DNA of 64,000 bases from assembly GCA_965228855.1 (NCBI GenBank), contig CBDDIJ010000003.1, forward strand, positions 1,216,001 through 1,280,000, written 5' to 3'. Shown piece by piece: positions 39,733 through 49,919 of this stretch (its first letter is position 1; each line of letters begins with the position of its first letter). A program made the position numbers and the translations under genes. Below the pieces are notes generated by a model that was given only the letters and a program-made list of their open reading frames with translations, ran no database searches and was not told where the DNA came from. This DNA comes from Candidatus Obscuribacterales bacterium (GTDB lineage Bacteria > Cyanobacteriota > Vampirovibrionia > Obscuribacterales > Obscuribacteraceae).

Positions 39733-40611
39733 ATGTCGGAAGCCTCCTCGAAAGAAATTTCTCGTCACGTAAGCTTAGTACAGCCGGAATCAGCGGCTAC
39801 AGAATCGTCATGGACTAACACCGAGATCGCCACTGGCGCGGCTCTATCGGTTGCGGCAATGGGCGTTGCGATTGCAGCCAGAAAACCGATCGCGGGGGCC
39901 GTTCGCTCGGCGCTCTCCATGGCGGCTAGTGAAACCAAGGCGATACTGCCGGAGCTCAAGGTTGTCGGCTCCGAAACAGGTTTATTGACTCAAGGCGCGA
40001 AGTCCGGTGCTTCATCTCTGACCAGAACGCCGTTTTCATCGCTGGGCGAGCCTTTTCAGGAAAGCGGTCGATTGGTCTCCGGAACGCATCGCCTATCCTG
40101 GGACGAACTCGTGAGGCACTTTGGCACGACGCCAGAGCGCCAGGTGCTGCTGGAAAGGTTTAAACCGATTGCGCACGACCTCAAAGCCGCCAAAGTTGAT
40201 AGCGTCGAAATCGGCGGTAGTTTCGCGTCTAAGAAACCGGCGCCGAAAGACATCGATTTTGCCTGGAACAACGAACAACCCGGTTTCAGCCCCTTGCGAT
40301 TGCGATGGCGGCAGCCCGATTTAATGACGGCAGAAACCGATGCCTTGCAGTATCGCGGACTGCATAACGTCAATGGCGCTAAGGGGGCGAACTATCCGGA
40401 TGCTCTGCAGTTTTTGCGGAAAGTCAAAATTGAACCTAAGGTTGATGTCGACGTTGGAAAAATCAAGTCCCATGCCGAGCTGGTGGAACTTGGCGAGTTA
40501 AGACGGCAAGCTCGAATCGATGCAGCGATGCTAGAGGAACAAATGCGCGCGGCTGGAACTTTGCATCGCAACGGTCTTCTTTCGCTAGACCTGAAGAGCC
40601 TGCCAAAGTAA
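39733..40611 (+). CDS. Pol-beta-like nucleotidyltransferase (DUF6932-like) with hydrophobic N-terminal extension
   Basis: G.H..SWDE..FG..R..L; IGGSFASKKPAPKDID. Confidence 0.7.
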   Translation: MSEASSKEISRHVSLVQPESAATESSWTNTEIATGAALSVAAMGVAIAARKPIAGAVRSALSMAASETKAILPELKVVGSETGLLTQGAKSGASSLTRTPFSSLGEPFQESGRLVSGTHRLSWDELVRHFGTTPERQVLLERFKPIAHDLKAAKVDSVEIGGSFASKKPAPKDIDFAWNNEQPGFSPLRLRWRQPDLMTAETDALQYRGLHNVNGAKGANYPDALQFLRKVKIEPKVDVDVGKIKSHAELVELGELRRQARIDAAMLEEQMRAAGTLHRNGLLSLDLKSLPK

Positions 40612-40645
40612 CTTTCCGATTCGGGAAATCAATTAGCTGACCAGA

Positions 40646-42562
40646 CTATAGGTGAACAGATCGTTCAGCCGCCTCCAGCGAGGCTTTCAACTTCTGGCGA
40701 ACAGTTTCGTCCTCTTTTATTTTTAGAGCGGCCTCGTACTCGACGATACTGCCGGCAATATCATTCTGACCGAAGGCGATGTCGCCGAGTTCGACTCGAT
40801 CCGAAAAACTGTTTGGATCTCTGCCGGCCATTCGCATCATAATTTTGAAATTTTTCATAGTGACCTGATTTGTCGGATCTAAATACAGCGAATTGCGAAA
40901 CTGCTTGAGAGACAACTCGGGTTGAGCTCGCTGTTCCATTCCTAAATTGTTGTATGCAATGGACAAGTTTTGAAAGGCCTTCTTGTAGGATGTGTCGTAT
41001 AGGATGGCATTCTGAAACGTAATAATTGCTGACTCAATATCGTGCTGTTTCAGTCTCAGAACGGCTTGATTATTCAACATCGTTGCTATTGAACGATAAG
41101 AGTGCCGAGGCTTTGCGAGGTGAATGGAGCGCATCAAGGTCACCGGCAACAGCTGCGCGGTTTCCTTGGGGCATTTTGCCGACGTATCTGCCACTACGAC
41201 CACATCTTTCCGTGAGCCGGTCCAATTCTCGACCTGCCAAATTCCTTTTGGAAATTTAGAGAAAACTGACGGCTCTGAATCCGACTTCGTCTCTACAATC
41301 GGCGCCGTTCCTTTTCCAATGTCGACAGTGATAGCCGACACCTGTCCTGAATCGTCCCAAACGAACAGACTGGTCCTCCCTTCGTTTCGCCCGATCAAGG
41401 CGATTTCTGTGGACGATACCACGCATGGTATCGCCACATCGGGATCACTAACAACAGTCCTCGTGATGCTCTGCTCAGTTTTAAATAGTCGTGGTTGGCC
41501 AGTCTTTGCCTCAATTTGCTTTGTTGGCCAAATCTCGGCGAGAGTCAATATTTGGTTCGAGAGATAAGGGAATTCCGATTGCGGCTTCACCCTGAATATG
41601 TTTTTCAAGATAAACCGACGCAGTGCGTGAAGGGCGGGCAACATCGAATTTGAGTGCTTTGAGACTGTAAGAGCCCATGCCTCACTGTTTCCGACCTCAT
41701 CCTCTATCGCCATAGTCGTCTTGCCGGAGGACCTTCCTATCAGAATAACCTCTCGCTTCTCAGTCACGACCGGATCTACAACTTTGGTGTCGGCGACGGC
41801 GATATTGTTTATCCCATCCGGAACGCGGAAGGCTCTGCTCTGCGATACGTTTAAATGCACATTATGACTCGTTTTGTAGTGATCTGTGCGGACATTCGAT
41901 CTGACAGTCACTTTGTCGTTTTTGCCCCACTGTAAGACATCTTCTCTAGGCCCCTTCGCTTTATGCGGCGGTTTAGGGGACAGTGGCGGATTTTTGCTTA
42001 CTGACAGATTGCAATTGACCTGCTTTGTTGCAAACTCCTCTTCCAATTTGATGGAGGGGAAATCGGCGAGGGACACTACAGTTTCGTCCGTAAAATTCAC
42101 TCGACGGTCAAGTTCTGTTTTGGCTGCAACGAGACTAGAGCTTAAAAAGTCGGGAGTGTTTTCAACGCGGACCTCCATTAACAGGGTCGCGCCAAGTTCG
42201 TTCCACAGGATTAGGGTAGTCACTCCGGGCTTCTTTCCCCGGATATATAGGTCAGTTTCGCAAACAACAACTGGTTCAGCAATGTTCGGATCCGCTATTG
42301 CGGTTCTGACAATGTTGTTTTTCGTTCGAAACAGTCGAGCCTGAGACACTGAAAGATCGAGAATGTATTTCTTTTCGAACTCTTGTAACCGCATTGCCTT
42401 GCTCGAAACCGTCGCGCGAGGCTTCTCTTGCAGGCCTGTTAAGGGTGTCGCAATCGCGTTTTCCGCGGAGAAGACGCCCAGCAGAAGCCAAAATGACGCT
42501 GCTTTTAGCGGAAGCCGCGCACAATCTAAACGATGCAAGTAATTACACGATCTCATCGACAC
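40646..42562 (-). CDS. Three CpaC/RcpA-type pilus N-terminal domains plus TPRs
   Basis: RTAIADPNIAEPVV..GKKPGVTTLILW and two more copies; C-terminal TPRs; start uncertain. Confidence 0.75.
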   Translation of the reverse strand: MSMRSCNYLHRLDCARLPLKAASFWLLLGVFSAENAIATPLTGLQEKPRATVSSKAMRLQEFEKKYILDLSVSQARLFRTKNNIVRTAIADPNIAEPVVVCETDLYIRGKKPGVTTLILWNELGATLLMEVRVENTPDFLSSSLVAAKTELDRRVNFTDETVVSLADFPSIKLEEEFATKQVNCNLSVSKNPPLSPKPPHKAKGPREDVLQWGKNDKVTVRSNVRTDHYKTSHNVHLNVSQSRAFRVPDGINNIAVADTKVVDPVVTEKREVILIGRSSGKTTMAIEDEVGNSEAWALTVSKHSNSMLPALHALRRFILKNIFRVKPQSEFPYLSNQILTLAEIWPTKQIEAKTGQPRLFKTEQSITRTVVSDPDVAIPCVVSSTEIALIGRNEGRTSLFVWDDSGQVSAITVDIGKGTAPIVETKSDSEPSVFSKFPKGIWQVENWTGSRKDVVVVADTSAKCPKETAQLLPVTLMRSIHLAKPRHSYRSIATMLNNQAVLRLKQHDIESAIITFQNAILYDTSYKKAFQNLSIAYNNLGMEQRAQPELSLKQFRNSLYLDPTNQVTMKNFKIMMRMAGRDPNSFSDRVELGDIAFGQNDIAGSIVEYEAALKIKEDETVRQKLKASLEAAERSVHL

Positions 42563-42676
42563 GGCACTTCCGCGTTTCTAGACTGACCTAACTATTATAT
42601 TCAACTCGTTCAGTCTCGGCTTGGATTACGTCGGTCGGTGTATGCTGGAGTAGTATGTCTGCTGGGCGGCGTGAAG

Positions 42677-43393
42677 ATGGATGTCGAAGAAGTAATTGCG
42701 AATACGAGAAAACGTTATTCTCTCCTCGAAACATACGAGGACGAGGGTGTTTTCGAGCAGCGTAGTTATGGGCGCATTTACAAGCAGACTTTTCGCACCT
42801 CGTTTTCCAAACCCGGCAACTTGCTTTTTCAAACTCAGTGCGTCAAACCCGATGAGCCTCACTTCGCGCCTTTGGAAAAGTTCGGAGGGCGGCTTGTCAT
42901 GAAAGATGGTAAAGCGGTTTCTCGCTTCAGCCACGCAGTCGGAGAGACCGATCTTTCAGACGTGGCAATCTGGAGTGCTGTCAGTTCTTCTCGCGATATT
43001 TTTAGATTGGTTGTTCCGCTACTTTTGCCAGATGTCGCGGTCTCACCCTTGTTAAATCAAAAATTTAAATTGATTCCCGATCGTTCTGGAGCAAATGACA
43101 GCTACCACCTGTGGTGTCTCGAAAAACGCTTTCATATTTGGATTGACAAGGACGATATGATTATTCGTCGGTTTAAACAGGAGTATGCGGACTCCGGACT
43201 CAAGGACCTCTGGAATGAAACATTTCCGCAGTTCCATACGCGGAGTCAGGGAGACCTATCTGCGGTTTTCGACGAGGTGCGCTGCGATCAGCCTATAGCC
43301 GAATCTGTCTTCTCATTCGATGATTATGTAAGTGAGCCGGTAGCCGTTGAGTCTGCCGTCGCTTTGTTCAAGAAAATGTTTTCTATAAAGTAA
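42677..43393 (+). CDS. Hypothetical LolA-like fold protein
   Basis: F.KPGNLLF, HIWIDKDDMIIRR, IAESVFSF pattern. Confidence 0.55.
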   Translation: MDVEEVIANTRKRYSLLETYEDEGVFEQRSYGRIYKQTFRTSFSKPGNLLFQTQCVKPDEPHFAPLEKFGGRLVMKDGKAVSRFSHAVGETDLSDVAIWSAVSSSRDIFRLVVPLLLPDVAVSPLLNQKFKLIPDRSGANDSYHLWCLEKRFHIWIDKDDMIIRRFKQEYADSGLKDLWNETFPQFHTRSQGDLSAVFDEVRCDQPIAESVFSFDDYVSEPVAVESAVALFKKMFSIK

Positions 43394-43448
43394 GTTCCTC
43401 TACCCAGCGACAAGCTTTGCTGCCGGGCAAAAGGTTCCAAAGTCGGCG

Positions 43449-46091
43449 CTAAAACCAGAATTTAGTTTTCTTGGTCCACTCACTGCCAGGGAAGTTCTTG
43501 TGCAATGCTTGAAACGCCTGCTTTGAATATGCAGTAGTTTTATCGTCGGTGTTGCCGTAGCGCGTCGTAGTGACGACGAGGTGAAGCATCTCTGCCAGAC
43601 GAGGATCTTTAGGATTTGCCTTAGAGAGTGCGAGCACTCTCTGTGCCAGGCTGTTTGGTGCGGTACCAATGGCGGTGATGGCTGCAGTTTCATCTTTCCC
43701 CTGCGACGACTCCGGGGCGCTTAAAAAGGCTGCGTTTACGACCTTCGTCTCGGATTTCTTATCTTCGTCATCGTCCGCATACATATTTCGCGGCGATTCC
43801 GGCATGCTTGCATCCCACCAGTTATTTCGAAAATCATCAATCTTGTCGAAGGCGGTTTCTCTGGGAAGACCAGGTGTCACATAAGGTCGCATGCCCGGAT
43901 TGCGCAAGATCGTTATCAGTGCGGCATACTCTTTATCAGTTCCAGACTTCGCCGTATCGTAGGCTGTGAGCGATTTGCTCAGCTGCGGTCTGAGCTTGGA
44001 GAGCACCGGCGATAGTGTCATCGCCATCTTCTCATTTTTCAACAAAACGCTGCGAACCCAGCCGGCTTGTGCAAGATCTAGACGAACTGTTGCAGGGAGA
44101 CTTGGGTTGGTTGCCAGCGACACATATGTCTGCAGAGGGGTAATCTTATTGACTATGTTTGCCGACTCGTCGGTGAGGCAGCCTGTGTATTTGAAATAGT
44201 CGTTGATGGGAGTTAGTTTCACTGGACCCGGCTCGAAATCACTATCTGTGTCCGGTAGCTCATTTGAATCATAATCCCAGGTGATTACGGCAGGACTGGG
44301 AGCGGCAAATTTGACGAATTCCGCGAGCGAGCCTGCGCACGCGACGCCCATCTCGAACAGCCCATTGCGTGCACTCGGTGGGAGTTTCGCTCCGATTTCC
44401 GTTAAGAGTGTGTTGATGCGCGCGGCCGCTTCTTTCGGTTTATTCTCGTCTATTAGTAATCGGATTTGATGATACTGAAGCGTTATGTACGCTGGCGAGT
44501 CGGACGTGACTTTCTCTGTTTCTGCAAGCACAGCCGCTTTATTCGGGTCAGTTGCTTCAATTTTGGAAATTACTGAGACTAACCACGGCAGTGACTTTGA
44601 TTTTTGCCATTCGTCCATGGCTTGCTTTAGCGAATCTTTTTTCGAATCCTGATAGTTCAAAATCCACTTAGTCATATCATCGTCGAAAACAACGTCCGCC
44701 GCTGACGGCAGCTTCTTATCGCCAGCATTGGTGGCTGTAGCAACTACATGAGTGGATACTTTAGTTTGCGATACGCTGGCGCTTTCGGTTTTAGTGCAAG
44801 CTACCACTCCGCATGACAGAACCGAGAACGTCAAGGCAAGTGCGATCGTTGAGTTCTGAGATAGGTTACTTCGTTGCTCTTTGGTGCGCCACCAGAGACG
44901 GTGCATGCCGAAGAGCCCAAGTACTCCGAGGGCGGCTACGCTCAGTAAGGTATTCTCGGGCGTCGATGCGTCATTGTTGAGCGTGTCGTCGATGCGCATG
45001 CTGGTTGGTGTGTTAGAAGTTTGCTTCTCTATAACTTTGTCTAGCAGGAGCGTATAGTCTCCTAGCGCTTCGGTCAGATCTTCTCCGGAGGATGTCGCAA
45101 GGAGCGCTCCTACAACTTCTTTAGCCCTGTCCGATGGATTCAGACGGAAGTCGACAAAGCTCATCAATCTTTTCGCAGCCGCGTGCATGCTCGCCGTTTC
45201 CTTCGATTGAAGAACTTTCTCGAGCAGCGTCTTCGCTTGCTGCAAATCTTCGGCGGAAACGACGTCTCCGATGGTTGCCTTCCGGCAGAAAGAGCGTGCT
45301 GCCAGGTAGTTGCCCCACTGCTGCCAGGACGAGGATGAGTCTGCCGCAATAGCCTTGAATTTTTCGGCGGCGGCGTCGTAGCGCTTGGAGTAAAAATCCT
45401 CACAGGCACTTTGATATTTTGAGTCGTCCGATGCGCCCGCGGCCGCCACAGATTCTGTCGATTCTTTTTTTGCTGTTGAGCTATTGTCGCTTTCTGAACT
45501 TATGCCGAAAATCGCATCTTGAGCTGTCAACCAGTCTTTGACTTTCTGGTCACCAGCGCCATATTTCTCGATTTTCGACTTGAGCGTTGCGGTAGCGGTG
45601 TTAAACGCGTCAGCATTGTATGTGAGATAACCCATATAGCCGTTGGTGTCGTATGCATTGACGTCTTTGGCTTTGACGTTTAAAACCTTATTACGTTCAT
45701 TTGTCCAGGCTTTCAGTGCGATTTGAACATCTACATCGAGCGCTTCCAATCTGCGGTCCCAGAGGGCGACGAATGCCTTCTGGTCGGCCGGGCTGCTTTT
45801 CACTCCTGCCAGATATCGGTAACCCACAACGAGAAAAGACCTTGCGTAGTGGGGGTTTAGTACACCTAATTCTCCGGCGGCAAATCGCTTCATCGGGAAA
45901 TCCGGATGGTTGCTTGTGACGAACACTGCGATTTTTGAAAAGGGTCCGCAGGCATCAGTTGATTGGGCTGCCACCGCTGATAGTGCGCAGGTAATCGCGA
46001 TGGAGGTGATTGAGTTTCTCTTACGAGCGAAAAACGTTGTGTTTATGGGAGCCTTGTCGTTTGCAAGTTTCTCAACCCGATTGATTCTCAT
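43449..46091 (-). CDS. Large exported TPR-like helical protein, DUF3142 partner
   Basis: Signal peptide then CGPF; C-terminal AFQALHKNFPGSEWTKKTKFWF; ATGA-coupled to upstream gene. Confidence 0.8.
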   Translation of the reverse strand: MRINRVEKLANDKAPINTTFFARKRNSITSIAITCALSAVAAQSTDACGPFSKIAVFVTSNHPDFPMKRFAAGELGVLNPHYARSFLVVGYRYLAGVKSSPADQKAFVALWDRRLEALDVDVQIALKAWTNERNKVLNVKAKDVNAYDTNGYMGYLTYNADAFNTATATLKSKIEKYGAGDQKVKDWLTAQDAIFGISSESDNSSTAKKESTESVAAAGASDDSKYQSACEDFYSKRYDAAAEKFKAIAADSSSSWQQWGNYLAARSFCRKATIGDVVSAEDLQQAKTLLEKVLQSKETASMHAAAKRLMSFVDFRLNPSDRAKEVVGALLATSSGEDLTEALGDYTLLLDKVIEKQTSNTPTSMRIDDTLNNDASTPENTLLSVAALGVLGLFGMHRLWWRTKEQRSNLSQNSTIALALTFSVLSCGVVACTKTESASVSQTKVSTHVVATATNAGDKKLPSAADVVFDDDMTKWILNYQDSKKDSLKQAMDEWQKSKSLPWLVSVISKIEATDPNKAAVLAETEKVTSDSPAYITLQYHQIRLLIDENKPKEAAARINTLLTEIGAKLPPSARNGLFEMGVACAGSLAEFVKFAAPSPAVITWDYDSNELPDTDSDFEPGPVKLTPINDYFKYTGCLTDESANIVNKITPLQTYVSLATNPSLPATVRLDLAQAGWVRSVLLKNEKMAMTLSPVLSKLRPQLSKSLTAYDTAKSGTDKEYAALITILRNPGMRPYVTPGLPRETAFDKIDDFRNNWWDASMPESPRNMYADDDEDKKSETKVVNAAFLSAPESSQGKDETAAITAIGTAPNSLAQRVLALSKANPKDPRLAEMLHLVVTTTRYGNTDDKTTAYSKQAFQALHKNFPGSEWTKKTKFWF

Positions 46092-46906
46092 ATCGTTCCT
46101 ACCTTTCGCAGAAGCTGTTCCATGTGCTCTTTAGTCCATGTGCGCGCCGAAAAAAGATATAAGCGGCGCCCATCTAAAAGTTGTCGTCTATTGTTCTCAG
46201 AAATCAACTCCGTTATTTCGGAGCTGCTGTCCGCCAGACCTATTGCCTTTTCTTTGGAAAAACTCTCAACTTTTTTTCCAGCGTTCAGGTAGTGCGCGAC
46301 CTGCCTAGTGTCCGCACCCATGCTGAAGAACATGGGCACAATCTCATCGGCTGATGTGCCAGCTAGCCAACGATCGCCGGTACACCAGGATGCAAGCGCG
46401 GTCATCGATAAAGTTTTGTCTGCAGGAATGTTCTCTCGTAATTTTGTCAACAAGCGTTTGTAGAAATCGCGCTCCGATAGTTTTGCATCGAAATCAATTT
46501 GAACGTCGCGAACTCCAGGCAGTTTCGAAACTTTTATCACGGTCGCCAAAATGCGGTCCATTTGAGCGGAATCGAGAGTCGGTTTATCGCTTTTGCTGCT
46601 TTCAATACGGATAACGGAGGTTAAGAACGTATCGGAGTTTACTTTTAACGGCTGCAGTCTGGGTTTTGCCCAAACCTTATCGTCGTAGAGTGTGAGAGTT
46701 TCGGCCAAAAATGCTACGCCGATTTGCTGCGAATTAATCCATCGCAGATCGCTAGGTGCTTCCCACGCCCAGAGAATGATCCTGGGTTTCGAGCCCTGAA
46801 AGCGAGGACTCTCGATTTTATTGCTGAAATTGCATCCCGATATTGCCAAGCAAATTGGCAGTATGAAGAGTGCTAACAGCGCTAGTTTGCGTGCAGGTTT
46901 CAGCAT
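46088..46906 (-). CDS. DUF3142-like lipoprotein (GH18-like barrel motifs)
   Basis: Lipobox ISGC; LWAWE, VQIDFDA, LSMTALASW, VPMFF. Confidence 0.8.
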   Translation of the reverse strand: MLKPARKLALLALFILPICLAISGCNFSNKIESPRFQGSKPRIILWAWEAPSDLRWINSQQIGVAFLAETLTLYDDKVWAKPRLQPLKVNSDTFLTSVIRIESSKSDKPTLDSAQMDRILATVIKVSKLPGVRDVQIDFDAKLSERDFYKRLLTKLRENIPADKTLSMTALASWCTGDRWLAGTSADEIVPMFFSMGADTRQVAHYLNAGKKVESFSKEKAIGLADSSSEITELISENNRRQLLDGRRLYLFSARTWTKEHMEQLLRKVGTI

Positions 46907-46934
46907 GGTCGTAGCTTACCAGAACTGCTAACCG

Positions 46935-47549
46935 TCAGCTGTGGTTATGCTTTGGAATATCAAACTTTTTACGTAGATTTTCGTCTAACTTTTTATTTGC
47001 GTCATCAAGATTTTCGATCCGCTCTTTTGCTGATGCTTTAGCCGCTAGATCAGCACTTTTGACCTCGCCTGAAATAAGGCATTCACTGAAACTTTTTTCC
47101 ATCTCGTTGAAATATTGTACATACCCCTGCTGCAGTGCGCGAACCTCCGGTGGGGATGTTAGTGCGCTCAGTGCTGCTCCAGCGGTTGCATATTTCTCGA
47201 CCATTCGTTTGACAAACTTCTCGGCGCCGGTGGATAGCGTCGCTCCTGATTTGAGCGCTTTCTTCAGCGCTGAGCCATACTTCAATTTTTCGATAAGCGA
47301 CATCTCTGCGTCGTTTCTGATTTGGTCGTATTTATCGAACCATTCGACGATGGCTGGGTTTTTAGCGGTCAGTTCGCCCGCTTCTTTGGACGCTGCGGGT
47401 TCTGAATCTTCTGCGAATGCTGCGCTCTGATTGTAGGAAATACCCAAAATAAGCGCGACCACAATCGACAAGGCGATTCGCGTTGCGGCTTCTATGACCC
47501 GAGATAAATAGGCAAGGGACGAGGGAACGGGTATGGTCTTACTATGCAT
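46935..47549 (-). CDS. Exported helical hypothetical protein
   Basis: Signal peptide ending AFA. Confidence 0.7.
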   Translation of the reverse strand: MHSKTIPVPSSLAYLSRVIEAATRIALSIVVALILGISYNQSAAFAEDSEPAASKEAGELTAKNPAIVEWFDKYDQIRNDAEMSLIEKLKYGSALKKALKSGATLSTGAEKFVKRMVEKYATAGAALSALTSPPEVRALQQGYVQYFNEMEKSFSECLISGEVKSADLAAKASAKERIENLDDANKKLDENLRKKFDIPKHNHS

Positions 47550-47614
47550 GCGGACCTGTTATGTTGCTGGCATGATTCTAGCACAAGCGAGACCTGTCGC
47601 TATTCTGTACAGTT

Positions 47615-48298
47615 TCAACGCTCGGTGGTAAGCGAATAGCCGATACCATGAACGGTGCGAATGAACGATGCTTGTCCATCTGAATCAATCTGAGTTCTTA
47701 TTCGGTTGATGTGTTTTCGCACCACATCTGGTGACGCGTCTGTGCTTGACGACCAGATCCTATCAATGAGCGCTTCTGCGCTGAAGACCTTATTGGGGTA
47801 GGTTAAAAACAGTTCCAGGATTGCAAAATCTTTCGGCATGAGCTTCAGTTCCTTGCCGTTTTTTGTGACCAGCTTGGTTTCCTTATTCAATACGACATCG
47901 CCAATTGATAAACAGTCAGTTGGTGCGCTGGTGTTCGGCGCTCTGCGGATAAGTGATTTAATGCGAACGGCTAGTTCTCGCAATTCGAACGGTTTGGTCA
48001 AATAGTCGTCGGCTCCGGCGTCGAAGCCGGATTCTTTGTCTTCGATATCGCGCCTGCCTGTCAGCATGATAACTGGCGTCACCCCACCCTGAGCGCGGAA
48101 TTGCTTGACGATTTCGATGCCGGTCATTTTCGGTAGAACCCAATCAAGCACAATTACGTCGTACTCGTAGGCGCGCAAATATCCAAGCGCCTCAATCCCG
48201 TCCATCGCGCAATCGACGTTGTATTGCTGCGATTCGAGCAGATCGCGAATGTTTTCGCTCAAATCGGCGTTGTCTTCGACTACCAGAATCTTCGCCAT
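47615..48298 (-). CDS. OmpR-family response regulator
   Basis: REC domain plus winged helix IRTVHGIGY. Confidence 0.95.
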   Translation of the reverse strand: MAKILVVEDNADLSENIRDLLESQQYNVDCAMDGIEALGYLRAYEYDVIVLDWVLPKMTGIEIVKQFRAQGGVTPVIMLTGRRDIEDKESGFDAGADDYLTKPFELRELAVRIKSLIRRAPNTSAPTDCLSIGDVVLNKETKLVTKNGKELKLMPKDFAILELFLTYPNKVFSAEALIDRIWSSSTDASPDVVRKHINRIRTQIDSDGQASFIRTVHGIGYSLTTER

Positions 48299-48383
48299 GG
48301 TTTCCCGTCCGTTGGCAATTCCACTTGGGCACTGACAATCATATACAATAATCGCATCCGAATTAGGAGTTCAGGATAAGAAT

Positions 48384-49820
48384 TTGAGCGGCAAAAGACA
48401 ATTCACGCTCGTCGATAAGTTTGTTGTGACGGCAGCCGTGCCGCTCGTCTTTGTTTTTCTTTTGCTCGTTCTCATTGTGATTTTACGTCATCAAGTTGAG
48501 CTGGACGCAAGGCAGAACGATCGGTCCAAGCACCTGATCGCAAAAACAAGCGCTGTTATCGAAGAATGCAACGACGTCGGAGTAGCGTTTATCATCTACG
48601 ACGCCCAGACAAAGCCTTTCTTCGAGGAGCGTTTCGTTAATTCGGTTGCGAAGCTGCGGGCCAGCTATCGTTCTCTCGCACACATTGCAAAGGACTATCC
48701 TCGTTACGAGCCCATTGTCAAGGCTACACGACAAGATGCGGAAGAGGCGCTCGAAATTTTAGGGAGACGCAAGGCAATAATCGACGCTGGTGGACGACTT
48801 GAAATCACTGAGGCATTAAACCTTCAAGACCAACTCAAGCACATCGAGAAAGAACTCGACACTATCATCGCCGACGAGCGCGCAGCGCAACAAGAGCTGC
48901 GCGAAACGCAACGCTCCGGACAGTGGCTCGGCATCGCAATAGTGCTGGCATTTTTTGCGGTTTCCATAGGTATTGCGCTAGTGTTCGCTTTTCGTCGAAG
49001 CACGGCCACTCGTTTAAATGTTCTGATGGAAAACAGCATGCGCCTCGGCGGCGAACAGCCGCTTGCGCAGCGCCTTGACGGGACAGATGAAATAGCTCAG
49101 ATCGACAGAGTGTTTCATGAGGCTGCTTATAAACTAGAGGAGACGACGCGCTTGCGCCAGCAATTCGTGGCTATGATCAGTCACGATATGCGCACGCCAC
49201 TAGCGGCGGTGAAAAGCACGCTTGAATTGCTTGGGGCGGGAACCTGGGGCGAGCTGTCTGAGCGCGCTCAAGCAAAGGTCGGGCGCGCCGAAGAAAATTT
49301 GAAACACACTATCAATTTGATAAACAACTTGATAGATCTCGAAAAAATGCAATCAGGGAAGATCGAAATTTCGCCCGAAGTCATTTCGCTGTGCGACTTG
49401 TTGTGGCGATGTTCGTCTCTGGTTAATCAGCTTGCAGAGAGCCGCTCCATCACAATCGAAAGTCCTGAGTGTGACGTTCCTCTTTATGCTGATGAGGAGA
49501 AATTGACGCAACTGGTGATAAACCTACTCGGCAACGCAGTTAAGTTTTCGCCGGATAATTCGAAGATAAAGATCGATGTAGCGACTGAGCGCTCGATGGT
49601 TAAGGTGTCTATAACCGACCAGGGACCGGGAATTCCTGAGGCGGAACGCCGAAAAGTGTTTGAACGCTATCACCAGATTGCAGGCGAAAAAGCGAAAGAC
49701 GGTAGCGGTTTAGGCCTGGCGATTTGTAAGGCTATAGTGAAAGCTCATGACGGAGAAATCGGCGTTGACTCAGAGGTCGGGAAAGGAAGCACTTTCTGGT
49801 TCAAGCTTCCAGCGGACTAA
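48384..49820 (+). CDS. Membrane sensor histidine kinase (HAMP-HisKA-HATPase)
   Basis: Two TM helices, SHDMRTPL, NLLGNAVKFS, GSGLGL; divergent from the response regulator. Confidence 0.95.
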   Translation: MSGKRQFTLVDKFVVTAAVPLVFVFLLLVLIVILRHQVELDARQNDRSKHLIAKTSAVIEECNDVGVAFIIYDAQTKPFFEERFVNSVAKLRASYRSLAHIAKDYPRYEPIVKATRQDAEEALEILGRRKAIIDAGGRLEITEALNLQDQLKHIEKELDTIIADERAAQQELRETQRSGQWLGIAIVLAFFAVSIGIALVFAFRRSTATRLNVLMENSMRLGGEQPLAQRLDGTDEIAQIDRVFHEAAYKLEETTRLRQQFVAMISHDMRTPLAAVKSTLELLGAGTWGELSERAQAKVGRAEENLKHTINLINNLIDLEKMQSGKIEISPEVISLCDLLWRCSSLVNQLAESRSITIESPECDVPLYADEEKLTQLVINLLGNAVKFSPDNSKIKIDVATERSMVKVSITDQGPGIPEAERRKVFERYHQIAGEKAKDGSGLGLAICKAIVKAHDGEIGVDSEVGKGSTFWFKLPAD

Positions 49821-49919
49821 TGAATTCTAGCGGGGGGCAAACTTCACGAAGCGCTGAATCTCGGCAGCAGGTTGAACGTCGTGTTAACTTGAGAAGTGAT
49901 TCCGTTTCGGAGATCTGAA

